This document shows, piece by piece, positions 12,792-26,509 of a DNA stretch of 64,000 nucleotides. Under the pieces are notes generated by a model. It searched no databases. It was not told the DNA's origin and was given only the letters and a program-made list of their open reading frames with translations. How positions within the stretch are numbered: position 1 is the stretch's first letter; the number at the start of each line of letters is the position of its first letter. A program made the translations under genes and the position numbers. The stretch spans positions 50,716,001-50,780,000 of the forward strand of contig OZ024742.1 of assembly GCA_964016885.1 (NCBI GenBank), in the 5' to 3' direction. Source of the DNA: Eledone cirrhosa (Eukaryota).

Positions 12792-13512
12792 ATATATCTA
12801 TAATCTCTCTATATATAAAACTGAAGTTGTCTGTCTCTATGTGTGTATGATTTTTATGCATTTCCACATTTCTCTACCGATTTTGATGAGTTTTTTCCAA
12901 TGAGATCCAAATTAACCGACGATGGTTAACGGGACATAAACTTTGCCAAAAATGTCCTGCTTCTATGAAAAAAATCGATAAAACTAAATACATGCTCTAA
13001 CTCTCTCTTGCCGCCTCAACTGCTGAGTCACGTGCTGGTGAGGACGAAGGGCAACGTTTCAGACGCCGACGTACGGACTTGAATCTCAACAAAGACATTA
13101 TATTTTGTTGTCCTTTTTGTAATTTTTTTTTCTTTCTTTTTGGCAATACGAGAAAAAAAAGTAATATAAATATTCTGATAAAAAGAAATAGCGAGAAAAC
13201 CTTTTTCAGGAACGCCCGATTTTAATGATTTTTTTTCCAATGTGCTCCAAATTATCACCCCTGTTTACACTCTTTTGTGTTATAACTCAGACATGCTCGG
13301 CTTACAGGTTTGACCTAACTACTATTTGAAGTGCATTCTTGCTACAACTTACTTAGTACTCACTTTCCACTTATTCACTGTTCAATTGAATTTTTTCGCT
13401 ACTCCCCCTTTTTGCTCCATTACCTGCATAAATATTTACGTGTTCGGTTTAATTAGTACTTTCTGTTTCCCCTTTTAAACTTACTTTTAAAACATACTTT
13501 GACACTACGGTC

Positions 13513-16500
13513 ATGCCCCCCAAGAAAAGACCACGGCTTAGACCCCAAACTAAAGCTGCTTATGGTGACAAACAAAGAAGAGCTACAGAGTAATCTGTCG
13601 AGAATTTGACTCGGTTGTCACAGAATGCTACTCGAAATGCAATTACCCGGTCAAGCGAGACAGAAGAACAGAGGAGCATTCGCATTTCCGGGAATGCATT
13701 TCTAACTGCAGTTGCACGTGCAGCGCCAAATGATGAACAATATTTTCGACGAAGAAGCAGAAATGCTGCCTCCACTGCTACGGCGCGTGCTGGTGAGGAC
13801 GAAGCACAGCGTTCCAGACGACGAGGAAGAGATGTCGCCTGAACTGCTGCGTCACGTGCTGGTGAGGACGAAGGGCAGCGTTCCAGACGCCGATTCAACT
13901 GCTTCTGTGCGCGCGTCAGAGACTGCGCAAATTCGATTACACATACTAAACGCCAATGCAACCACCAGGAGTGTTCAACGAGGTACTCCGAACTCAGGGG
14001 TCTCATAAGCCTTTCCACTATGACCCTACAGTTAACTATGCACTGCTGCTAGAAGTTCAGATTGGATCGTCATTTGCCAATCTTGCCGGGCGAAAAAATG
14101 GCCTGGGGAGATTTCGGGGATGTGCTGCTCTGACGGCAAAGTGAAACTGACTCCTCTACTGGAACCACCACAACATTTGAAGTCTCTACTGACCGGTGCC
14201 ACAGTGGAGTCGGAACACTTCCTTCAATGTTCCAGGAGATACAGCGCTACCTTCCAAATGACCTCTTTCGGAGCTAACATCATACGGGAGGACGACTTCA
14301 TGCCTACCTATAAAGTTCAAGGACAAATTTACCACAGGATCGATTCGCTCTTGCCTAGGACAGACGGAGAGCCCAAGTTCCTACAGCTATACTTTGTCAC
14401 TGACTATTTGAACCTAGCGGAACGACGCGCTTTAATTTCGCCTGGCACAGAGATGAACATTATGTTGGGCATTCAGAAAACAACACTTCAGAAAACTGCA
14501 CGAAAACAACAACTACATTTGCAGTTTTAAATTGGAGGGCGCTCCGGCGCCAAATTTTGCTATTATAATCGACGCTGACTGGAAACCACCTGGGACCCAC
14601 GCCTGCCGCTTTAACGCTCCCACGTGCAATGAAATAGCTGTGATTCTTCATGGAGAACAGTACAACAAGCGGGACATCATACGTCAGTGTAGGGACAACA
14701 CTCTGCAAAGGATCAGCGAGACGCATATGTCCTACGACGCATTCCAATACCACCTTCTTTTCCAATTCAGTGACGACGGATACCACTTTGTAATTCCTTT
14801 GTGCAACAGCAAGAAAACTGTTTCCTGTATACAATTCTACGCCTACCGATTCATGGTCCGCGAAGGCTGCTTTAACCACCTCCACCGTGCAAGAGTACTC
14901 TTCAACTAACTTGCTGTAGACGCGTGCGCAAAGATGGTATCTGAAAGGCTGTGCTACATATGGAAAAATCAAGCACGCCTTCGTTTGGGCAGCTACATTC
15001 ACTTACGGGATGGAGTAAGGAATGACGTCGATCCCGAGAACCTTGGAAAACATTGTATCCTTCCGTCGACGTTTATTGGGAGTCCTCGATACACAAGTGA
15101 ACGCACACAGGATGCTATGACTTACGTGCGTCTCTACGGCACCCCGGATCTCTTCATCACTTTACATTACAACCCTAAGTGGACTGAAATTACTGCGGAA
15201 TTATTCCCCGGAAAAAGGGCGTCAGACAGACACGACCTTTCAGCACGAGTCTTCCACTTGAAATTGACAACATTTATTGAACTCATATAATCAGCTAAGG
15301 CCTTTCGACCTGTTAGGTGCTACGTATACACCGTTGAGTGGTAAAAGAGAGGCCTGCAACACGCCCACCTACTCATTTGGCTAATAACGAAAATCAACGC
15401 AAACATCATTGACAGCATTATTTCAGCAGAAATATCCGACCCGAAATTGGACAGAGTGCTCCACAACATCGTCACTGCTCACATGATTCACGGGCCATGC
15501 GCAAACGGTTTCAACCTGAATTCGCCATGCATTAAAGAAATAAGGTGCACCAAAGGGTATCCAAGGCAATTCCTCCGAGAAACACAGACAGGTGGCGACG
15601 GTTACCCATTATACCGCCGCAGGGAGCAAGCGGCCGGAGGAATAGTTGCGAAAACCCGACATCACCACGTTAACAACCGGTGGATAGTACCCTACTTCCC
15701 ACTTCTACTTAAAATGTTTACTCCCACATTAACGTTGAATATTGCCACTCCGTCAAATCAAAAAGTACGTATGCATGTACACCAATACGGGGTTCGATGC
15801 TGCGTCCTTCGGTCTTACAATGGAGAACAAACGAGACGAAATCACTCGATACCAGGTCGGCCGATACATCAGCAGTAATGAAGCATTCTGGGGATTCTTC
15901 CACTTTGCAATACACCATAACTACCCCCCAATCAAACAGTTCGCGGTGCACCTTGAACACGGTCAAAGAGTCTACTTCACCGCCTCCACCGCTGCTGAGA
16001 TAGCAGAGGAACCCAAGGACACCACACTTACGGCAATTTTTAAGTTATGCCGAAACGATCCCTTCGCCAAGACCCTCTTCTACTCTTAGGTGCCATCATA
16101 CTGCACTTGGAACACAGACAACAGAATTTGGTTAAGAAGGGTGAAAGGACAACCCGTCGAGGGACATCCAGACATTAAAATCTCCCCTACCCTGGAAGAG
16201 TCTACACAATTCATCCTAACCAACAGGAATGCTTCGCGCAGCCTGCCTTAGACGGGGTCTACTGGAAGATGGCGCTCAGTGGGATGCAACATTGGCGGAG
16301 GCAGCTACAATACGCTCAGCGCCAAGTCTTCGGTAACTCTTTGCGGTGCTACTGCAGACATGCGAGCTATGCGACCCTGTATCCTTATGGGAGAAATACA
16401 AAGAGGACCTTTCCGATAACTACATACACCAAGGAAAACTGCTACTCCCTCATTCCGACGTACGACTCAGCGACGAATTCTTCAACAAAGCTCTCATTGA

Positions 16501-18017
16501 CATCGAGGAAAAAATCCTAACTGCCGGCGGAAATTACCTTCCATTCTATGGACTGCCAAAAATTCAGCGAACGGGCTCGGACAAACTTCCGACGAGCATA
16601 ATTCAGGAAACTGCCTACGACGTCGACGCCCTCGAACTGTTCATCAACGAAACAAGCCGAAATTGTTGCAGGACTAACGGCGGGCGTATGACACAGTTTG
16701 AACTTCCATTCGTCAACGCACAGGAGGTATCTTCTTTTCGAACTCCCCAGGAGGAGGTGGTAAAACATTTGTCACTAAAATCCTCACCAAAGTGCGACAG
16801 GAAAAAGGAATTGTCCTGGATGTGGCTTCTTCTGGGATTGCCGGAACTCTGCTGCCCGGAGGTAGGATAGCTCATTCCGCATTTAAACTACCATTCAACG
16901 CGACTTCAGACGACACAATAACCTGAAATATCACCAAGGACTCGGACAAAGCAGAAGTCTTGAAAAGAAACCAGCTAATTGTGTGAGACGAATGCAGAAT
17001 GGCCCATAAAGTGTCCCTTGAGGCGTTAGACAGGACCCTACGAGACATCAGGGAATGCAACCGGCCGATGGGAGGAGTACCTCTACTGCAGTCTGGCGAT
17101 TTTCGATAAACTCTTCCAGTTGTCCCAAAAGCCACCAGGGCCGACACTGTGGGGCTTGCATTAAGTCATCTCCCCTGTGGCAGGAAGTGATAATTCTGAC
17201 CATCACAACAAACATGAGAGCCCAACTGTTCGGCGACCACTTGTCAGCCGACTTCTCGAAGGACCTCTTAACAGTTGGTGACAGCACTGCACCTTCAGAT
17301 GCAGCTGCAGAAGTGGCAGTCTCGCAAGTAAGCACCGTTTTTGAAGCTGTTGACGACTTCATAGCCTCTGTCTTTCCCGATATGGCCATCAACTACAAAA
17401 ATACGAGTTGTCTGTGCGATAGAGCCATATTAGCTCCCAAAAATGTCTCTATTGCAAAAATCAATGAGGACCTTCTGCAACGCATTCCTGGTAACCTCCA
17501 TACCTACAAATCTGTGGCCACAGTTATGGACAAAGGTGATGTTGACGATTTTCCCACAACATTCCTCAATTCTTTGGACCTCTCCGCACTGCCACCTCAT
17601 GAACTGCGCCTCAAATTTGGGGCTCCAGTGATGCTGTTGAGGAACCTTGAAATACCGCGTCTCTGCAATGGAACAGGGTTAGTGGTAAAAAACTTCCTGT
17701 CGCATGTAATTGAAGCCACAATTCTCACGGGATGCGGTGCTGGAGAAAACGTATTTATACCCAGAATACCATTAACTCCATCAGGTAAGGAATTCCCCTG
17801 TACTCTGCGCGACTTCAATTCTCTGTTAGACTTTGCTTCGCGATGTCAATCAACAAGTCCCATGGCCAAACGCTAACAACAGCAGGCCTCTATTTAGGCC
17901 ATCCGTGCTTCTCCCACCGCCAATTATATGTTGCATGCTCAAGAGTTGGATGCAAGCAGAACTTATTCTTGCGCCCAATGTCAGAAAAAAAATGTGGTCT
18001 ACAGAGAGGTGCTGTGA
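13513..18017 (+). pseudogene. Helitron Rep/PIF1-helicase (RepHel), broken by stops and frameshifts
   Basis: Starts MPPKKRPRL; YKVQGQIYHRI; TFIGSPRY; PDLFITLHYNPKWTEI; VEW*KRGLQHAHLLIW (HUH motif); HMIHGPC; AHSAFKLP; AILAPKN; RLCNGT; MSINKSHGQTL; FSHRQLYVACSRV; ends VYREVL*. Confidence 0.92.
13636..13911 (+). repeat. 69-bp (23-codon) coding tandem repeat in RepHel N-terminus
   Basis: Unit starts at 13636, 13705, 13774, 13843 (e.g. TATARAGEDEAQRSRRRGRDVA); a detached copy at about 13013-13072. Confidence 0.75.
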
Positions 18018-19193
18018 CTCCTCTATTCAGCACCACTACAGTCTTGCCGGTCTGACGTATGGTGATTAGATGCTATTGTTGTATATTTTCAAACTTACCC
18101 ATGTTTACTTACCCATGCTTATTTCCCCTCTTTCCTCCATAGGGCATCCAATCTGATTTCACAGAGCATGAAGTTTCGGGACAGCACGTCCACTGCCGTT
18201 GGTGGAAGAGGAAGGAGGCCCTATTCACCTGCAAACGTTTTACACCGCTTTCCAGGACTTCCTACAAAATTGTTTACCTTTGTGAGAACGATAACACGGC
18301 CCTTTTCAGGGCCACCTCACATTCAATTATTACCCCCTTCTGAGAGTGTTGCAAAGCCCTTTGCAGGGCTTTCTATCCCGTTGCAAATCGATTGGTTGGG
18401 CGGGAACTTATATCAATCTTTGTCTCAATAATCATAATTGAGTGGAATCATTAAGAGTACTTTAAAGCAATTAAACCCCGAGCAACGCCAGGCACTTCTG
18501 CTAGTTTATTATAAACGAAGCCAAATTTTACATATTTGACTTAAATATTTTATATATATATATATGTGTGTGGGGGGGGGGGGGGTGCTCGTGTGTGTGT
18601 GCATGTGGTTATATTTGTGTGTGCATTCAGCATACTACACCAATACCCAATAATTATCGTTGTTACTACATACGTTTAGCATTGAATATTCAATTCACGT
18701 AAAAGCATAATGTCCTCAAACAGGGGCCATTGCATTATATTATTTCTCACCACCCGGCTATATATAAGTTTCTCGTGAATTGCAAACCCATAGAAAGCCG
18801 GCTAAACCTTTACCGTCAACGCTGTGACAGTATTTTGTGATTTGAATACGAAGGTGGGTATATTGAAATGTTTACCATTACATACCCAATAATTTCCTGC
18901 CAAAGGAAGAGATTATTAAAGCAGCGATGAAGTGATTTTCACGAAAATCCCTCTGAATTGATAGTTGTCTTTACCGACGCCATTAATTGTCTATGTGATG
19001 AAAACAAGTAGCAATAAATGTCAACTTATCCTGATGAATGTATCACAAGTGATAATAAAATTCACATCGTTCTGTTCGATTTCCAATTAACAGCACACGT
19101 CTTATGTTAGTGCAAGTCAACTAATTGTAAATATTAGAAATATAATTAAGAGTTTGTGAAACACACGCAACACAGCAACCCATGCACACACAC

Positions 19194-19194
<1 letters not shown>

Positions 19195-19274
<80 letters not shown>
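19195..19274. repeat. (TA)n microsatellite
   Basis: Direct reading. Confidence 0.95.
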
Positions 19275-19278
<4 letters not shown>

Positions 19279-19436
19279 CTTACATATATCCAAAATTAAA
19301 ATTAAGGGTTGTCATGTATATATATCTATATGTTCAATGAAAATGAGTTAGCTGCTTTATATTCAGCTGACTTATATATAACACATTTCAAGCACTCCAT
19401 GGTAGATGCTTAACCGGAGTTTTATTATAATAATTA

Positions 19437-19617
19437 TTGTTTCTACTTTTTGGCACAAGCCCAGCAATTAACCAGTGCAGTACTGTAACTTAATTTTATC
19501 GACCCCGCAAGGATGATAGGAAAAGTTAACCTCGGCGGGATTTGAACTCAGAATGGCAAGGGCCGTAACACTATGCGTCAAATCATGCCGTCTGACCCTC
19601 TACCATTACTTCCAAGC
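19437..19617 (-). mobile_element. tRNA-derived SINE copy
   Basis: Reverse complement of the 7574-7757 family. Confidence 0.88.
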
Positions 19618-19691
19618 GAAAGACATTTACTTTAGACCATCCCAATTTATTTTATTATACGTATTTAGAAGATGCAAGGCTTTAAAAAAAC

Positions 19692-19857
19692 ATTTGATAA
19701 TCAGGCTATCAGACGAGCTGTTCTGATCCGTAGCCAACAAGCATATGAAATATAAAAACCTCAACACAGATAATACCTTCTATGTTGTGGTTTTTGTCTC
19801 TCGTATGCTTGTTGGCTACAGATCTGTACAGCTCACCTGACCGCCTGTATATCAAAT
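19692..19857. repeat. About 165-bp imperfect fold-back
   Basis: Arms gagctgttctgatccgtagccaacaagcatatga / tcgtatgcttgttggctacagatctgtacagctc; outer tttgata / tatcaaa. Confidence 0.85.
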
Positions 19858-19989
19858 TTTTTCTATACCTTTTTCAGATAAAATTTTGACTTAAATATTT
19901 TCTAAATCGTTTTCAAGCGTTTTTCGATGGTTACTTCGCTTTCCACGTGAGTGATGTCAATTACCAATATAGTATTTCGTGAAATCAAT

Positions 19990-21306
19990 TTTCTTTTATA
20001 TATGAGCTGTTTTGTTTGTGTGCATGTGGGTGTGTCTTTTTATGTCAAGTACTGTGTGCTTAGTTCAAATCTATTATTTATATGCGGATTGAGTCGACGT
20101 ATGAGCAAGGTTTCCTTAATTCTTAAGTTGCCCACATTTCTATCACTGGCTTTAATGGCAACAGTAATATGTTGGTTGATGTTTCTAAATTTGTCGAGGT
20201 ATTTTTTTAATGCGGATGCGCGTGTGCTGTGGTGTTCTTTAATGCGAGTATGGAGTGCTCGAGTCGTGCTACCAATGTAGAAATCCTTACATATGTTGCA
20301 TTCAATCTGGTATACCACATGCTTCCGCTGGCACATACCTGTATCGCGGATAGAGCAGTCAGTTAGTCAGCGAGCATTGATTGTTGTTGTCTCTGGATTG
20401 CTTTTGAGACAGGTATCCACTCAGTGATGGGCAGGAGTGTGCTAACTGTATGTCCAGTCCTTCTTTGCGGATAGTTCTGCGGATAGTTGTTATTATGCTT
20501 TCGCTGAAATGTGATAGTTTCATAAAGCAGGTGATAGAGGAGATCTTATGCTTGCGACGCCTTCGTTTCTTAAGTCGATTCAATGTTGATGTTGAGTATC
20601 CGTCCGATTTCAGTACATCTATGAATTGTGCAGAGTGAGTGATCTGGTCTTGCTACATTTATTTCGGGACGCGAAATTTCCTTTCTTATGTATCCGGTTT
20701 TAGCACCAAGTGTAAGGTTTGATCTATAATGCACAAACAGGTCTCTGCTGCTAGCTTTCTTATAGAAGTTGGTGTATATAGTACCTTCTTCTGTTACTCT
20801 AAGCTGGAAGTCCAGCAGAGACAAGGAACCATTTATATCGAGGTTTTCTGTGGTAAATTGTATGTTGTTATTTGTGTTTGAAAATGCCGTAGATATTATG
20901 TCGGCCTCCTCAGGGGATGATGTGAAGATAAGTATATCATCTATGTATCGGCTGAAGAAAACAAAGGAATGACAGAGGTTGAGCGCTCGACGTTCCAGTT
21001 GGTTATAGGTGATGGATAAAAGGCCTGGACCCCATGGGTGGACCTGGTGTTTGTTTGTATGCGTGGTGGTAGAAAAAGAAATATGTATTTTCTACGATGA
21101 CGAATAGAAGCTAATGTATGTCTTGTGATGTGAGGTCAAAGCAGTGTATGTTGTATGAAATGATGCACTTGGTGACTAGGTTGACCGCTGGATAAACGTG
21201 TAGAGGGAGATAATGACGAGGCTAAATGCATATCTCTTGAGTTTAAGTTTGTTAGGTTGTAGTTGATGTAGTCTTTGTATGACTTCGTCGGAGCTGATCT
21301 CAGACA
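19990..21306 (-). mobile_element. 5'-truncated Penelope-like element (RT + GIY-YIG), related to 27863-30662
   Basis: RYAFSLVIISLYT; FFSRYIDDILI; SLLDFQL; VVYQIECNICKDFYIGSTTRALHTRIKEH..LRIKETLLIRRLNPHINNRFE. Confidence 0.9.
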
Positions 21307-21349
21307 ACACACACGCACACACACACAAACGCGCACCCCCAATCCCCCC

Positions 21350-21404
<55 letters not shown>

Positions 21405-21578
21405 TACCAGTCTCCGACCCCCTCATACACAGTGAAGATTCAGTATACTTGTAGAGATTGAAGCAATTTTACAGAAAATACTGGAATTAAATGTAGACCT
21501 TTCGCTGGTAAATTACATCCTGTTGCGGGTTTCTGAAATTAAATACTTGTACGTTTTAGGAGATATTTATAATATAAT

Positions 21579-21760
21579 TGTTCCTACTTTTGGCACAAGG
21601 TCAGCAAATACCCAGTACATTACTGGTACTTTATTTCATCGACTCCGTAGGGATGAAAGGCACATTTTCCTCGGCGAGATTTGAACTCAGAACGTAAAGG
21701 GACGTAACTATGCTGGAAAGCATGTCCGACCCTCTACCGAAACTGCCAATTCACCGCCCT
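21579..21760 (-). mobile_element. tRNA-derived SINE with 19-bp target-site duplication
   Basis: SINE family match; gagatatttataatataat at 21560-21578 and 21762-21780. Confidence 0.92.
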
Positions 21761-24259
21761 AGAGATATTTATAATATAATGTATTTCGCTCGTTATTGAC
21801 TGATAAATACCTTCTGAAAATGTTGTGATATACTTATTATTCACTAGATATAAGAATATTGCGCGTAACATATAGCCAAATAAATAAATTACAAAAAATA
21901 TGAGTATGTTGAATGCTTTATTAATCTGTATTAATAAAGAATGCATACTGCGTCGTACTTTAGAATATTCCAGTAATAATCTAGAATACATATCTAAAGA
22001 CGAATAGTAAGTTTATCCGAAATCTACTCTCTCACAATCTAACATGTCTGAAATGCATAATTTGCAGATGGGTATTTGTTGCCTTTAAGAGATTGGTATA
22101 TTGACTATATCCTCATAGAGCGCTATATATTTGATTTTATATACGCTAACAAGTTATAGCGTAATGGTCTAACAAAAATACAGTCCCTATATCATAATGT
22201 ATACATTATGGAATCTCCCCAAACTACACTTTATCACAGTACAGATCATTTATTCGTTCCGTGTCATTACAGACTACGTAGACCACAATATTAACACAAT
22301 CATTGATTCCTTATGTAGACACAATACACCATATTTTGGTTTAGTGCCAACGTGATTAAACCACATTTAATACCTACTCGGCTTATCATTTTAAGGCCGG
22401 GATTATAAAAAGCATAATTGACTTTTACGTTATGTGAACTCAGAGTGTACAGATCCAGGGCAAATGCTACAATGACGTTTTAACCGATTCTCGCCCAAGA
22501 CGCTTCAATGTTTGAAACATTGAATTTTTTTTTTTTTTTTTGCAAACTGACATACGTGCGCAAATATAACATTAATGTGAGCAATTTCATCGACGCCAAT
22601 GAAGGAAAAATACTTAATCAACTCGGGCAGAATTTAAACTGAATAGTAGTGCGATGAAAATACATATAGTCAGATATTTTATATTAATGGGAAGAGACGT
22701 GCGTTGAAACTAAAATGCAAGAAATATTACATAGACAGTCATCTCTCCATTTAATACACTTCACTACATCGTGAGTTTATCTTCATATATATATTTCTCT
22801 GACCAACAATAACACATAGAACAAAAGCAAAGTTTTTATACAACGACAATTAAAGCACAAAGCCATTTTTTTAATCGAATAAATTTTGTACGCACGGAAT
22901 CAGAATAGATTTTTATTGATGCGGTGTATTTTTAACGTCTACAGTTGAGAAACGATGCCAGAATTGTTGTCGGTTTGGTAATTAATGTCATTCATAATAC
23001 CGAAAATACACGGACACATTGGAGGCGTTTGATCATTTTGCAATTTTAGATTATATAATCCTATCTGGTTCACTATGTCTAACAAATCTTATCACTATTG
23101 TCATCGATTTATTTATAATGTAATTTGAAGAATAGTGGCATATATATTTCACCACTGCCACCTCATTGCTATATTAGTGTGAATATAAAGCAAATCAAAA
23201 CCAGCATTGGATGGCAAACGATCGTAATCTGTCTAAATTTTCCCACTATTGCTATTTTGATAGAAATATCTTTGCTAAAATTCAGAGAATGAAGGAAATG
23301 ATCATGTTTATATATTGTATGATGCCATCTTTTTATTTCCAAAACATATCTCAACTATTTACAATGAAACGAAAAACGCTTGCCAAGTTTGGTAACATAT
23401 AGATGTAGAATTATCGAATAGAATATGCATTACATATATTTTCATCTACGAACGTACAAGTATCATTCAAACATTAACCGAATGAACATGGAATATATGT
23501 CATTTGAAATTATATACTGGTACCTTTAAGAGCGAGGAGTATGACATGCTTTATTACACGTATACACATGCAGCAATATATTTTGTGATGTGCTATCATT
23601 ACAATAATTCATGGGTTGTTTTAATGTTATTGCCTTGAAGAAAAACTGATGAACCCCAGTTTATTATTATTGTCTATTTCATCGAAAGTCAAATTTCTAC
23701 CAGTAGCTGTATGATGAAAAATAAAGAGAAATATGCTAAATTATGTTTAACTATTATTTTTTAAGCTTCTAATTTTTGCAAAGGACATAGTAAAGTTTGT
23801 CACAAATATATTTTTATTGTCACGTTTTTCATTCAAAATCACATAAATAACATTTCATACATTGGCACATAGCCAACATTTTGGTAGAGTATGTATTAGA
23901 TCGATTAAATTAACACTTGACATCATTGCTTCAACCCAGAACAACAGAAAGCAATGTTGACCCATGGGAGATTTGAATATCGAAAATAACATGCCGGAAC
24001 AAATAACACATGTCATGTTGACAGGTGATTGACTGATTCAGCAAAGTGATGATAGTAATGATTATTTCTAATGTTGGAACAGTTCCAATAATTTGAAGGA
24101 ATGGAAAAGGCAATAGTATCGTCCTTCGTTCTTTACTGGTACTTTATTCTAACAAACATAGAATGATGAAAGACAAAGGTAATATTGTTAGCGTTCGATT
24201 TAAGTAAGACATTACAGCAAAATATAGTTTCGAAGATCTATTGCATCTGGGGAATGTGT

Positions 24260-26509
24260 CGCAAGTAGCGGCCACCATATATAATGGATAGTTCCAATAC
24301 TAACGTGATACAGGTGGTCCAAAAGGCGACCCCGGACTATTACAGGAAAATTACAAGTGGGGCTGAAACAATAAGGAGGCAGATAGCGTCTAAGAAAGTT
24401 TTCACAGCCCGCTATTTAGTTGTGGCGCCAGAAATGCCTTCACAGGCAGACGTAATGATACTCAGGAGCTCCCGGCTCTCAGAATGTTATGGACTAGATC
24501 CCACAAGGAGGGAGGATTCGCCAGTTAATACTTAGGCCCACAGAAAGCACTTTGTGTATGGTGCAAGTTTATGCAATAAACAAAGTGTGTTGATATAGAT
24601 CCTTTCTTGATGAAGTCTCTGCAGTGTGAGATGCAGCTAAAGCTGAGTCCTAATGGGGGGATTTCAATGCATATGATGGCAGAAACAACCTGATATTTAA
24701 AGGACTGATTAGAAGGAATGGCGACCCGATTAAATACGAATGCCGAGGTTATATTAGACTTCTCTTCTTGCAAAGTGTACTCTATTATAAACACCTTACA
24801 ACACAAATACATACATAAATATACATGCCCTAAATGGAATCACGGATAATTGATTTTGTCATTGTCTCTTCGATTCAGTTCTTGATCACCATTTTGTTAT
24901 CTGCAAATAGAGACTAACTTAAGAAAAGAAGGCTAGGAAACTGGTAGGTTCAGATCGAATTACAGGTTACTGTAGGAAGAGTTGATGGATAAGGAAGTCA
25001 GACCCAGGTATGCTGATAATATTGCATGCAATTTCAGAGAACTCTCTCAGCAAACTGAGGACTTAAAAAGATGTGTGTAGATTGTTAGCTCAGCAATACC
25101 TGTATCAGCTGTTAAATAATATGGGCAAAAGCATCTTGTTGTGGCACAGGATTGCGCAAAGAAATGGTCTCCTGAAAAGTTTGGCTTGGAAATAAGTACT
25201 CCTTGCATTGGCGTCACCAGTTTTGTGAAATATAGTAATAAAGACAGTAAGGGCGTCCAAAGTTAAGTTATACAAGAACTTTAGGATTAATCCGTAATTC
25301 CACTTCTGATTGGTAAACAAATTGTTGTGGCACACCATCCGTCGATTTCGAAATAAGAAAGCTTCATCCAAACCTTCTATTAGTAACGCGTGTGGAGTTT
25401 TCCTCTCTTCAGAGAGGCGCATCTGCGGGAGGTGGAGAGAATATTTTGCTCATCTTCTAAACACAGTCACAACAGAATTCTCTCCCGTACATGAGGCGAA
25501 TATCGGACGATTATTAATCTCGCAGAGACTGAGGTCATATGTGCAATTAAAATGGTCAAATGTGGCAAGGTTCCAGGGGAGGAAGACTTTCAGTCCGAGA
25601 TGTTAAAAGCCTTAAATAGCAAAGGTATTCTCAGTCTGAATGGTTTGTGCAATGTGCTCTGGATCTCTTGATTGACAACTAAGCAATAATAATCGAAAGT
25701 TATAATCCCAGTTTTCAAAAAGCAAAACAAGATAGATTGCTTCAATTACAGATGTATCTCCTTGTTAAGCCTCACCGGTAAAGTCAGTGTTATCTGGCAA
25801 AGTACGTCGTCGAGATTCAGTTAGCTTTCGGCACGAAGTACGAGTAATGTGAACTCTTCTGTTAATAACGTGTATGAACAGGAAAAATATGCGCAGCCGG
25901 TAAGTGTAGGATCAGTGGAGCGGAATTCTCGAATGACGTGGGTTTACTTAACTCGTCAGAAGGTGATCTCCAACATGCACATGATGAATGTGATGGGGAG
26001 GGCTGCAAGGTAGGAATGACCAAGATGTATGACCATAACGAATACGAGAACGAATAGAAGCGGCCGAAATGGGGTACCTCCGAAGGGTCTGTTAAAAAAC
26101 GTTTCTAGATGGAGTGTGTAGATCGGAGATCAGATAATCGATCAAGGTAGAACCATTACTTCTCTGAATTGAGATGTCACAGCTACGATACTAGGACTTG
26201 TAGCTAGAATATCTCAGGAATTAATGGCTGGGCAGATTTTACGGGCAAAAAAAAAACGACAGGAAACCCAACAGTAGAGCCTATGCAACATGGATAGATA
26301 ATATCCATGAGCTCGATTGGTCTGTCTTGCGGATTCAGTCGGGTAAATTGGAGATGGTTACTTTAGAAAGAACCCGTTGGAAGGCGTGTTTGAGGTCTCT
26401 GAACCCATGACTTTTACTGGAATAAGTGGGAGAAGAAGAAGAAGAAGAAGAAGAAGAAGAAGAAGAAGAAGAAGAAGAAGAAGAAGAAGAAGAAGAAGAA
26501 GAAGAAGAA
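24260..26509 (+). mobile_element. RTE-clade LINE relic with (GAA)n tail, internally deleted
   Basis: ICGRWREYFAHLLN; GKVPGEEDFQSEMLKA; IIPVFKKQNKIDCFNYRCISLLSLTGKV; RIEAAEMGYLRR; ends in (AGA)n 26431-26509; 5' boundary approximate. Confidence 0.8.

Larger units (their letters stand above)
12797..18504 (+). mobile_element. Helitron, full-length degenerate autonomous copy
   Basis: 5' A|TC, 3' subterminal cccgagcaacgccagg hairpin-like motif then CTAG|T, no TSD; internal Rep and helicase motifs. Confidence 0.92.

Noticed and set aside
13636-13911. CRISPR-like periodic repeat
   Set aside because: Contiguous in-frame 69-bp coding repeats without unique spacers, in a eukaryotic Helitron
19030-19065. 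CUGAUGA followed by a uaucac/gugaua hairpin
   Set aside because: No GAAA or stem I partner
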